Below, in pieces: positions 52,540 through 64,000 of a stretch of 64,000 nt of DNA (position 1 is the first letter of the stretch; each line of letters starts with the position of its first letter). The position numbers were made by a program, and so were the translations under genes. The DNA is from Amphiscolops sp. MND2022. Lineage: Eukaryota. The stretch covers positions 43,216,001-43,280,000 of the forward strand of contig OZ076413.1 of NCBI GenBank assembly GCA_964187785.1, read 5' to 3'. Below the pieces are notes generated by a model. That model saw only the letters and a list, made by a program, of their open reading frames with translations, ran no database searches and was not told where the DNA came from.

Positions 52540-52790
52540 AGCCAGCGGATTGTCTCGACTTTTTGCTTAATGAGTTTCCTTGAAGACCGCTTGCAGATTT
52601 TTCAAAAACTTCAAAGGTTGCAGGGACTTTTTTTCAAAGTGCAGTGACATGCTGACAGGATCTTCCAAGATACAGGGAAATTTTTCAAAGTTTTTTCCCT
52701 GCGCGCAGTCTGAATTTTCTAGGTTTTTCAAAAAATTACCCTGCATGCAGGCCTGCAGCATGTAAAAAGTCCCAGCAGTGTCGACTAGGG
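52540..52790. mobile_element. Degenerate MITE-like repeat with CATGCAGG/CCTGCATG motifs and a GTCGACTAGGG end
   Basis: Ends ...GTGTCGACTAGGG; motif content is shared with 2815-3070 and 47640-47800. Confidence 0.45.
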
Positions 52791-53511
52791 TTATACCTCC
52801 CTGACATGCCATGATTCATCCAATATAAATCTTTGATATTGAGTTTGAGTTTTAGCAGACATTCGATAAATAATGCATTTTACTCAGCTCATATTTGAAA
52901 TTTTCTGCATGTTCGAAAACACTGCATAGGTCAATTTGACAAACCGTTGACAAACAGTTCTCTCTCTCTCAAACAGTGTCGAATATCAACTTGAAGTTTG
53001 TTTGAAATGAAATATAGGCTTGATTAGATCAATTGATCGTCTTTTGATTGAGAAAAATCAACATAGTTTTTCGATTTTTGTGAAGAAATATTGAGCAATT
53101 AATGACATTATTTTGGATACTGTTTGTTCGGCTAGCATCGTTATTATATCAAGAATTGATTTCATTAATCATTGAAGTTCATGGATAAACATCCATGATT
53201 CATGGATGTTTCATTGATTCCCATCCATGTTTCATTGCATGACTCTACCTTTTTGTGGCTTTTCAAACTTGCGAATAAGTCGTTTAAATACTTTTAGTGT
53301 GTATTGGCAACTCGTAATAAACCAACATTTTTCAATTCTCGAACCAATTTACAAAAAATTGTCAAAAATCAAAAGTATAGTTCAAATATCAATACAATTA
53401 TACAAATTATCCTTTCATTACACGTTTACATCAGTGAATACTGACATGGTCTGAATATCTCATTAGGTTGGCAGTACAATCAAAGTAAAAACAATACTAC
53501 GGGTAAGAAGA

Positions 53512-56500
53512 CTAGAGCTCCCCGTGTTGAGGAATTCTGTAGACACCTAAAGTTTCGGCTACTTCGGGAGACAAAGCGCATCTGAAGCCGAGGTTATGAA
53601 GAGTGATGTTCGGGTTTAGTGGTTTCCGAGCTGATATCCTTGCCGGATGATTAAAAGACCCGTCTATTGAGTCCAGAAAACTTCCACCTTTGGTGATGAA
53701 CATCAGGTTTTTCCTCTCTACATCTCCGGATCTTCGGAAAACAGAGTTGGTCCACTCCCAAACATTTCCAAGAATATCGTACATGTCGAAAGTGTTTTGA
53801 GCGGGATAAGCATCAATTGGGGAAAGTCCAACGTATCCATCAGTTTTTGAGTTATTGTTTGGGAATTCTCCCTCCCAGAGGTTGCTTCGATTTGCTGCGT
53901 AAGTGTTACCCCAAGGGTACAAGGTGGAAGTGAGTCGTGCCCTGGCTGCAAACTCCCATTCCAGTTCAGTGGGAAGACGCTTCTTTTTCCAGTTGCAGTA
54001 GGCGACGGCGTCGTGGTAGCTCACATGAACAACTGGATCCAGGAGACGGTCATCAACTGGTTTGGAAGCTCCAGGGCCCTCTGGAAGTCTCCAACTGGCC
54101 ATATCTAGCTGTAGCACACAACAAGTTGCAAGGTTTCAAGACACTATGATAGTAACTGACGGTTTTAAGTTGGATAAGTTGGGTTGAATGAAAAGGCAGA
54201 CCATTGCAGTGACGTTATTAAAGTTTTTTCTCTGTTTTTTTTCTTGGAATACTCAGCTCCATATTCTTCAAAATCGGAATCGTTCTGTGGGGGTGTTCAG
54301 TTAACTTGTCATTGTAGTAAAACTGGTCATTTTTAGTCGACTCTTACAGTGACCTTTTTTAGTCGGCGTTTTCGAAGAACATGCACGACTTATACAGTGG
54401 CTAGTTTTTTTAGTCAGTTCAACGCGATCGGTCCACTTTTTTGTTCATTTGTTCAACATCATCAACTTGAACTACGGACGTCCAAAACATACTCGAAACG
54501 CCAGAAACTCGTCCAAAACAAAAACGTCGACGTCCAGAACTTCGAATATATACGATCCCCCCTTGGTGTTTTTCACTCGGATTTTTTTTCGGCAGTTTGC
54601 GACTTTTTTTCGACTAAGTTTTTTGGATTCCACCAAAGGGTCTCCCCTTCGTTTGTTTCGATATTTGCCAACACAATGGATGTCAAAAAATCCCAAAGGG
54701 TCCCCCTTTTTAAATTTTCGGCACTGTGACACTGTTCAAAAATCTCATTTTAATTTTTTTTCGGAAATTTTTCAAAATCTCCCAAGGTCCCCCTTTATTT
54801 TTTAAAAATATTTTGCAACCAACTGGAGTTTCACAAAGCCCAAAGGGTCCCCACTTTTACAATTTTGAGCCTTAGATATAGCGCCGACTTTAGCCGTTCC
54901 CTGCTTGTTTCTTCGGACCACGGACCTCACACTGATCGGTCCACTTTTTACAGAAAATACTAAAACTACTCAGGCCAAGTCCGGCCAATGCAAACTTAAT
55001 GCATAGGGTCCCCTCTTTCATTTTTTAACTTTTTTAACCTAGCCTACACAACCGGACTATACTAAAGGGTCCCTTTCGATTTATTTTGGGCACTGTGCGA
55101 CTTTTTTCGAAATTTTTTAATGTCTCAAGAGGTTCCCCCCTTTGAGTTTTTTTTGATATTTTGCAACAGAATGTATGTTAAAAATCCCAAAGCCCCCTTT
55201 ATATTTTTCGGCACTATGCGACATTTTCCAAAAGAAAAAAATCCTTCAAAATCTTTCAAAAAAATGTTTTTTTCCAAGTTGGAGAAAAGTGGTTTCCGAG
55301 TCTTATCGAGCATGAAAGGCACCCTTTCGGTATCTCGAAGCTGTTTTCTGAGCTTCTGAGCTTTTCATAAATACGTCCTGGACATATTTTAAAAACTTTG
55401 CGCTTTTTGAGCCTTAGATATAGCGCCGACTTTAGACGTTCTGGTCTTGTTGATCAACGATGTTCTCGTCTTGTTGATCGATTATGCTTGTTAAATCGAG
55501 TTTACTCGAGTTTACAGATTGTTGTTGCATCACGAAGAGTAAACCGTTGGCAGAAATTCTTTCAAGATTCATGTCAGAGCATGGAACTAAACTTGGGAAC
55601 CAAAATAATTAATTTCTTCTAAAGAGTCTTTCACGGTTCATAACAAGCATAATCGATCTTTCATACTGTTTCTAACTGGGAATTAGCTTCAGCACTAAAG
55701 TCACAGTCACCTTTATCAGATGGGGGTTCAATTCATCCAGCACTTCTTTGGCTTTCCTGTATGCACGAGAGGCAAGGTGTCTGAACACGTAGCTGTAGCC
55801 TTGTTTGTTAGCACGTGGCACGTATCTAGTTTTCATCTTGAGGAATCTCCTGAACATTCCCACAGAAACAGGGTACTTGTCTATCAAGAAAGGCTTCGCA
55901 TCTGAAATCACAGGGGTATACATTAAAGTGAAAGAATTCAATGGCATTGTTCCAATTATGTGTACGTGGTTTGGTTTGAAATGTTTCACTGTTTTGTTGA
56001 AAGATTTTTCAAAAAATCTTACAAAATGATGTATCATTTTTCAGAAGTGCAACAGTGGAAATTTTTGCGGTGGTTTTGTAATCAATGAAGACATCCGGTC
56101 CTCGTGTAACTTTCGAATGCACATTTTCAGGATTGTTTTTGAATGAAAAAGTTGGTCTAACAATAGAAGATTTTCTCTTTTTTGAACATGACTCTTTTTA
56201 GTAAAGTTGAATTTTAAGGATAGGCAGCTATTTTTATCGATTTTGGCTATGAAAAATTTTGACCACAAACGCTTTTGAGCACAAATGTTTCCAAAACTTA
56301 TGGGTGACGAGTCAAACCATTTGAAATGCGAAACTTACATATAGTTTTTGACTGATATTCTCCAAATTTAGAGTTTGGTTCCAAACTGCCCATGACGACC
56401 TTTCCGCCCGGCAGTTCTTGCATAATCTCGTATTTGAAGAACGGGTCTTTGGATCCCTCGATCGCATCTCTGGGCGACTCTGGTCGGGGAGCTTTTGGGG

Positions 56501-57021
56501 CCTTTTTGTTCCATTTCTTTCTCGCTCCGTGGCAATTTCCTGTGAAATGAATTTGGATACCACGTAGTTGGTTCAATTTTCAAAAGATAATACAAACATT
56601 GAGTTTTACCATCTATTGTTTTCATGCTTGAATTGTGTTTGAAATAATAGGATAGGTCGCTTTTTCAATTGTCGCTTTATGTAAATTCAATTTACTGAAT
56701 CAGTTAATTGTCCAAAGATTATTATTATTACAAAATACATGAAAATAGAACATTTTTCTACGCAATTTTCTATACTAATCGTTACCTGATACTGAACAAT
56801 CTACCAAGTTTATGAATTTGTGAGAAGCAACGAGCTTTATATATTACTCCAAGTTGTTTCGACGAACTTCGCAAGTTATGCTTAGCGATGTTTTTTTAAG
56901 TGTAAATCAGAGAAAGATCGATTGCGTAAAAACCTGATTTTCAGATTTTCTGTAACTTACCCGAAAGTAAAGACAAGCAAAGTGCTATTAATAAACCAGA
57001 ATATCCACAAATTGGACGCAT
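53512..57021 (-). CDS. SUMF2: Sulfatase-modifying factor 2 (pFGE, inactive paralog of formylglycine-generating enzyme), 349 aa, 4 exons
   Basis: Exons 57021-56961 (signal peptide MRPICGYSGLLIALCLSLLS), 56539-56339, 55901-55711 and 54108-53512, with consistent phases. FGE motifs PVVHVS..DA.AYC.W..KRLPTE.EWE.AAR and GNVWEW. KGGSFLDSIDGSFNH lacks the SUMF1 catalytic Cys pair, and the C-terminus HGEL resembles an ER retention signal. Confidence 0.9.
54356..55451 (-). mobile_element. Two adjacent family A Helentron/DINE-like repeats in SUMF2 intron 3
   Basis: Two CTTAGATATAGCGCCGACTTTAG termini (~54870-54909 and ~55410-55451) and one TTTTTAGTCGGCG end at 54356. Confidence 0.65.
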
Positions 57022-58732
57022 TTTGAATTAAACTTGAACTCTTCTGTTTTTTTTTGAGATTTTAAATGTAAGGGTACTTGAAGCAAGTGGAGGGCCTAAT
57101 AAACACGTTTGTCGTATGTGAACACCAAACGCGTTACCAAAAAGAGATATGCCACGTAATACAACAGTAACATATTGAGCAGTTTAAACATTTTGAATCT
57201 GTGTCTCGATTTCATCCCAAGAAGCAACGGAATCAACGCGTTTGTTGAACACGTCGGCAAAAGGCTGTGTTCACTTAGTGAAACCATCTAACCATGACCG
57301 GTGTTGATTTTTGCGTTCGTTGCTTTAAGTTGGTGGTAAGAAAAGGAAGGACAGACAACTTACATCTACAGTAGTATAGATTCAAAGTTTCGTGATTGAA
57401 GTCAAAAAGTGAAACACGAAAAGATTATTTCGTAGTTTTCTGTCATGGATCTTCATTATCATGAAGAGCCATGATCATGAATGATGAGCCATGATTCGAA
57501 TGTAATGAAATCAATCATTATGCTAACACAAATTGTACCAAGAAATAGAATCATCTTGAAGCATGTAAATCTGTCTTGATCAACAATCCAAAATTTCACT
57601 AAGGTCAACAAAAAACTTGAACTCGTAATTCCTAGATACTTCTTCAGGTCCTAGATACTTCTTCAGAAATTTCCAATATTAAATTTTCGCTCCTCTGGGT
57701 CAATTCTCAATCTCTGCCTTCGTGTGATCAGGAAGACACAAATAATGAAAAGGTATTTCATAGTTTCTTATGATCATGAGAAATTCACCATGCTAAAGCA
57801 ATTCTGTGGCAATCATGTTTAATTAATTCAAGGTTCTACAAGATACCAACAGGTAACCAAGATACACATTCTCGCGAGAGAAAAAAATAGTAAGATTTCA
57901 TAGCTATGCGTTATACATAAAAGTCTCGAGAAAGAAGGCGTCTCAAACATTAACAGAGTTACAATTCAATCATTCAATTACAATTCTTTCTTCGCAAGTG
58001 TAACAAAAGTTTTTCAATTTTTAGTTCTTCAAAATTTTCGTTTGCGATATCTCGATACTAAAACATATTTTTCTCGAACGGTTTCAAGGTTTGTTGATTT
58101 TTTCTTCTCATTGAGTTTTATCTTAACCTAAAACTGCCCTAAAGCTGTACAATAGCCTATCAAAAGATTGCGAACACCACTCGGGTTTCCTGACCAGGTT
58201 GATCATACTCTGCTCATATATAACACCATACAAATCATACAAAGTTTTTTAGTCAGCCTGAAACCATAAACGTATATGATCCAGTCTGTTACCATCAATG
58301 GTTCAGTCTGGAATCATAAGTTTTTGTTTTCAATAAACGCGGTTTGACGTGACACGCAATTTAAACAAAACTTTTCAAATATTGAGAACCACCAGCTTTA
58401 TAGGCCGAAGGCAATAGAGCCACATTCGACCTTTCGTATCTACGAACGAAAGAGTCGTTATTATGAAATTCAAGTTCGCAGGTTAAAGACAAACTATAGT
58501 AACTCAATTTGTTCTCAACCATCCCTTAGTTAATAACTAACTCTTTCGTTACAGGTTTTCCCATTTTTCAGTGTGATTTCTGATTCTTTCGAGAACAAGT
58601 ACCAATACTTCAAGAAAAGCTGTCAAAATGTGATGATTGCGAATTGTGTTCAGTTTTGCGATTCTATTGTAACTTTGGTTGAGGAATATCTAGTAATTTC
58701 ATCAGTGAATGCGTTAATTGAATACGTTAATA

Positions 58733-61700
58733 TATATGATTAGGGAAAGGTCTAGTGAGGAAGTTGGATTTAAATCAAAGAGTAACAGTGAACAAACATT
58801 TTTCTTGTATCAAAACTAAGTGTATGTATAAACTAGCATAGTTCATAGCATCAAAACAGAACATTGTCTTTTTTGGCAGGTATCGTCTAAATGGTCTAGA
58901 CGACTGCTCTTATCTCTATAACAATCCCCCTTGTGGATGAGGAATCAAGGGAACCATTCTTAGGGATTTCTTGATATCAGCCTTCTTCTGTTGATCCAGT
59001 TTGGGCTTCTTGAATGCTTTCATGATTCGTCTGGGTGACGTCGTGTTGTTTTATAAATCAACTAAATGTTATTAGAATTACTCTACGCCCCCATCTTTTC
59101 CACCTGCTTTGCGGTCCTTATTATACTAGACCTCCTGACATCTTGGTTTTCCCTTGGAAGTTTTTCAAATATTTTATCTACATCCTCGACAACGGATTCT
59201 ACCCGACCCCCTTTACTTTATCTCCTTCCGGTGATACCGTAATGGTGTCTGATGGTCTCGTCGGGGTCTCGTCCGTTGGTGCGAGTGCTGATTTCGGTGC
59301 AGCAACCGATAGGTGACGACAGCATCGGGGTTTCGGCGGTTAGCGTACGGCCGGTAGTGGCGGTCGGCGGCGCTGCGTGGATCTCCGTGACCTCATCGGC
59401 TTCGGTGTTTTCGCCCGCAGCTATACTGTTTCCTCCCCATCGGTGGTCTGGCTGTCTGTCGTGATGGTGATGACGGCTCTCTGTTCGGTCTCGTGGCTTG
59501 GCATTTTTAGGAAGGACTTGCTTGTACTGGCCTCGTCTTGCTTCAGCGTCTCCGCCATCAATCGTCTATGGGTTTCAAAGAGATCCCCTTGGCTGATTTT
59601 GCCGCATCTGCGGCACCTATTAGTAGGTTTCCTGGCTTCTTCTGGTTTCTTTGGTGGCTGAAATTTCAATGGGTTAGAGGCTAGCTTTTCATGTAATAAT
59701 TTCCTTCGGCCGTGGTGATAGTATGGTCTGTTGCTTATGGCAGTTAGGGTTTTATTTGTCTTGAATCTGCACTTCATGGCGTTGAGTTTTCCTTCCTTTT
59801 CATAAAACTAGTACTGTTTGAAAATTGGGCTTACAGAGCGAGATCTTTTCTTGTTGCTCTTCAGAAAAAGGTAGTCAGCCATCTCCCCATCGGAGTCGTG
59901 GATCGTGAACACTTGTAGTTCCGTCGGTTGTGCTAAAATTTATTTGGTCGCAGTTTTCTTCCAATCGGACGAAAGGCATTGTGGTTGACCAATCATGTTG
60001 GCAATGGTTGTGCGCAGATTTCGTCCTAATTGGATTTAAAAAGGAGTCATATTTAATTTGCTATGAGATGTTTGTCTAATAGTTTTAATGGCTAATTGGA
60101 CCCTTTCTTCAAAGGTTAATCCGTCCTCTAAGTTAGCTCTTGTTTACGATTCAATTGTTCGGATGGCCCCCTCGACCAATCCCGTGCCAATATGAAGATT
60201 CGGTGTGCATCGGATGCGTTTCATATTTTCGCCGTCGCAAAATTCTTTTAAATCGTTGCGTTTAAAACAGCTACCGCTATCAGTTCGGATGGTCCGTGGT
60301 CTTCCGTTGTCTGAGCAAAACTTTGTCTTAATTTTAATTACGGTCCGTGTGTCCGTATTTTCACAAAACTGTGCGGTTGGCCATTTACTTAAACTGTCTA
60401 CAGCTACTAAAATTCAGACGTCCCCGCGTGTTTTGGATTTAATTGAACCAGCGAAGTCCAAATGGACTTCTTTGTTCGGCTCGGGTAAACGTTATAGACA
60501 GTTTTTTCCGTACTTGGTATTTGCGTTCAAAGGTTCTTACCTGCAGCTCTGCAGCTGGGGCAACTTTCGGATTTCTCCTGTATGCCGCGGAACATTCCTG
60601 GGCACCAGAAGGCCTCCGCTGCTTTATCCATTTTGTCGGCTCCCGCATGTTAATGGTGTAACATCGCCGCTACTGTTGTCCTCATTTCCTCGGTAATTAT
60701 GACTTTGTCGTTGTAAAATAACAAACCGAATCTGGTGGATAGGTGGCTGCTGTGGGGACGGTAAGGGTAGAACATACCCTCGATCTGGTTGGACTCTAGG
60801 GCCGTTATTGCAATAAGACTTTTCACGTCCCTGGGCGTCTCTTCCACCAGCATGGGCAGGTCCAGCGCAAAGTTCTTTTCAGCCTTCTGGGTGTCTTTAG
60901 CGGCCTTTTCGTTTTGTTCGCTATCCATGGCGTTCAATTTTACCGTTTGCTTAAGTAGAATCAGGTTGACACTTTCGTATTTTTTGAATTTTTCAAGGCG
61001 CTTGTTGGGGCTTTGTCCTGTGGACGTGGCTTATCTGGTTCTCTTCATCTGAGTTATTCAGTCGGGACTCGTAGTTATTTTGTTGATACTCTTGCAGAGG
61101 AGTAGTACCGATTGTCTCACAATAATGAAAAAATCTGTTGTAGATTTCTATGTTTGGTTCTTTGATCTGTTAGCGGCCTTTCTGCGATGTTCGGTACTCC
61201 TGTAGCCTTTCGTTATCTCGCACTTTTCCGACAATTCGCAGTCTATCCGGTTTAGTGATACGATTTTTCTCCGTATGTAGTCGATCGGTTTTGCGGATAG
61301 GAATGGGCCGTTTTTTGAAAATAAGTGTTCCATTTCAATGCCATGTTATCGGATTGCGGCTTAGATACTCCGTCAACGGAATGTTTTTACCAGCGGTACA
61401 CTGTAAGTTCACATCAAAGGGGCTCAATCGATCTAGCCAACGCGTTAATTTTGCACTATACTGTTTGTGAGCTCGGTTGGGCTTTCGCAACGGCTGTACC
61501 GTTAACAAACTAACCCTTTTTCCATAGACGTAGTATCTAAATTGTTTTGACCCCCACAACGATTCCAGTATTTCTAACTTGTTAATTGCATATTTTCTTT
61601 CACATTCGTATAAAAATCTACTAGGAAAAGCAATAGGTCTAAACACCCCTACCCTTTTTTCTGCCACAGGGTGGCTCCCAAACCAGTATTACATGCATCT

Positions 61701-64000
61701 GTGGTCACGTAGTTGTCCTTCTTCGGGTCAAACACGGTGCTTCGGTGATTTCCTTTTTTTTCAATTTTTCGAAGTCGTCGTTTATTTCGGCTGTCCATTC
61801 CCACTTGGAGTCTTTCTTCAACATTTTCCGCATCCTGTCTGTTTTCTTGGACAGATTGTTCACGAATTTGGATAGGTGTTGGATCGAGCCCAGAAATGGT
61901 TTCAAATCTTGGGCTGCCAATTTCGTTATTGCTTCAGTTTTGTCTTTCATCGGCTTTACTCCGTTCTGGTTTATGTGGTAGCTGAGCCATGTCAGTTCTT
62001 TTCTGAACATTTCGGGCTTTTTATCGCTTGCGCGGTCTCCGGTTTTCTCCAGTTTGAACAGTACTTCGCGCAGTTCTCGTTCGTGGTCATCAGCACAGCC
62101 GTTCGTCACACATATGATGTTATCTAACCATACTGGTGTTTTGAATTCCAGTACTTTGTCGATGTGTTCTTGGAATATTGGAAAAGTCGGTTGGAATATT
62201 GGACAGCCCGCAGAAGCCTTTCTTGAAACGGTAGTGGCCGGTAAAGTCGACACCAGTTATGGAAAATACGCAATGCTTCGAGGACAATAATTTGTCTTGT
62301 CCGTAGGTATAATCCAGGTCGATCTTCGACATCCATATTTCACCAATCTTTTTTGTAATTTCTGCGCAAATTTTGCTGATTAATTCTTTCATGTTCGGCA
62401 TAGCCGCTTTTCTTTTTATACTGGATTCGTTCAATTTTCTGGAGTCTAAGGTTATTTTGACCGATTTATCTTTCTTTATGGTTATAACGGCCGGTGAGAC
62501 AAAGCAGTTTTCTGTCGTTCCGTCTGCCTTCCCCAGGTGCCCCTTTGCAATTAGTTTCTCTAATTCATGCCGTACACTATTCTTGAAATGGATTGGCACC
62601 GGTCTCCTTTTTTGTTGAACTTGTTTGGTGTCCTTCTTCAGCTGGATGTCGATTGTTAAATTCTCTATTGTGTGATGATTTTCAAACAGATTTCGTTGAA
62701 TTTTTTACGTTGTTTTATTTTTTAAACAATTTCGTTGAGGATTTTCATGCTTCTCTCGTTCATGGTTATCTTCCAGAATATGTGCGTGTTTCGGCTGCCT
62801 TGTAGTCCGATCTCCAGTTTATCCAACCAATCAAGCCCCAATAATGGTTGTGTGTTTTTGTTCTCGGTTATGAATACTGGAAATGTTACTTTGCTTTTTT
62901 CTGTTTTCACTTCTACCAATGCTTCACCTTTGAATTTTATTGGATTTTTGTTTACGTCTACAAAGCATCTCATTGTTTTCGTCAACTCTTCGGATTAAAT
63001 ATCGGCGAAATATTGGTAATAAAGAATCCGGTATCGGCAATGAATTTTATTGGCTGTCCCTCCACCAAAGAATTGCTTTGTTGGGATCTATCCGGTTAAC
63101 GCCGTTGGCGGACTGAATATGGTACACTTCAGGCCATGGCTCGGTGTTACTTCGCGCTTGATTTGCGTCCTGTCCTGTATCTGGTTCACGATCTTACTTT
63201 TACAAACTCTGGCAAAATGTCCAGTCTTTTTCAAATATTGCACTATTATTTCCGTGCTGGACAGATATGTTCTAGTGTCCACTTAGGTTTCCCGCAAAAA
63301 TGGCAACTCCGGGTTGACATTTTCTTCTTGTCGGTGTCCAGCGGCCTTCGCTTCCGTGCAGATCTGGTAAAGGCAACTTGTTCTCCGCTGGAGAAAACCC
63401 ACCTCGATGTTTTACTTTTTTGTTTTTTTGTGGCCGCACTTGCGGTTGTAGTTGTCGAGTTCTATTGTTTCTAGGACAGCTCGTAGTTCTAATGGGACTT
63501 TGATAAATTTGTCCCGGGCCTTTTTGTCATTGATTGTTGCTGCAAATTTGTACTTGATAATTTCTTTGGGTGTTATTCGGTTGAACTCGCATATTCTTTC
63601 GGTGTCCACCAATCTTTTCCAAAATTCATCAGGCGTTTATCCGTCTTCCTGCTTTACTTTGAAGAATTCGGCTCTGCTGTTGATTACGTTTCGAGCTGGC
63701 ATGAGTGTCTTCTTGAATAGTTTGAGTAGTTCTTGTATGTTGACGTTTTTCAGCTTTGACCCCACTGGCCTCTCATAATCTCAGGTTTTGCTTTTGGGCC
63801 CAGAGTCCAAATGACGTCGCCCTTTATGTGGTAGATTTTGTGGGCATCCATGTCTTCAATCCCATGGTCCATCAAGTTTTCTAAGTTTTTGTGATAGGTG
63901 AGATCAATATACTCCGATATCTGCTCCCAGAACTTTCTTGGGTTAATTTTTGTCAAATCTGTCTCCCGATCAGATAGAATAGGGATTTTGTACTTGTATT
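58733..64000 (-). mobile_element. Heavily decayed Ty3/Gypsy element (gag zinc knuckles, PR, RT, RH, INT, PPT, short 3' LTR ~58733-58923); 5' part runs beyond the window
   Basis: Minus-strand fragments CHFCG..H.C and KTGHFARVC, ADTG protease, VSPAVITIKKDKSVKITLDSRKLN / IDLDYTYGQ / WLDN RT, RPIAFPSRFL RNase H and RTDSGSCF integrase. GGGGGAT precedes TGTTAT at 58923. Confidence 0.88.

Overview
AT-rich eukaryotic (probably invertebrate animal) genomic DNA dominated by transposons; no prokaryotic genes or CRISPR arrays. Two host genes can be rebuilt from splice signals with consistent exon phases. (1) A plus-strand gene of at least 14 exons (1588-45698) encoding a mostly disordered protein of about 2,240 aa or more with short helical repeats. 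(2) A 4-exon minus-strand SUMF2/pFGE-like gene (53512-57021). A 25-kb intron of the first gene holds a decayed Ty3/Gypsy LTR element (7366-31229, TSD GGTTT). That element has an internal 2,846-bp tandem duplication, a nested BEL/Pao element (17260-23414, TSD CGTTT) and an antisense, intron-containing gene between pol and the PPT that looks derived from a hAT transposase. Other notable points: one host intron coincides with a TIR element (Introner-like); tRNA-like Pol III boxes lie inside the BEL LTRs; a 721-bp near-perfect palindrome follows the host stop codon. The window also has a decayed LINE, Helentron/DINE-like repeats and two further Gypsy fragments at its ends. All calls are by eye; no database searches were run.
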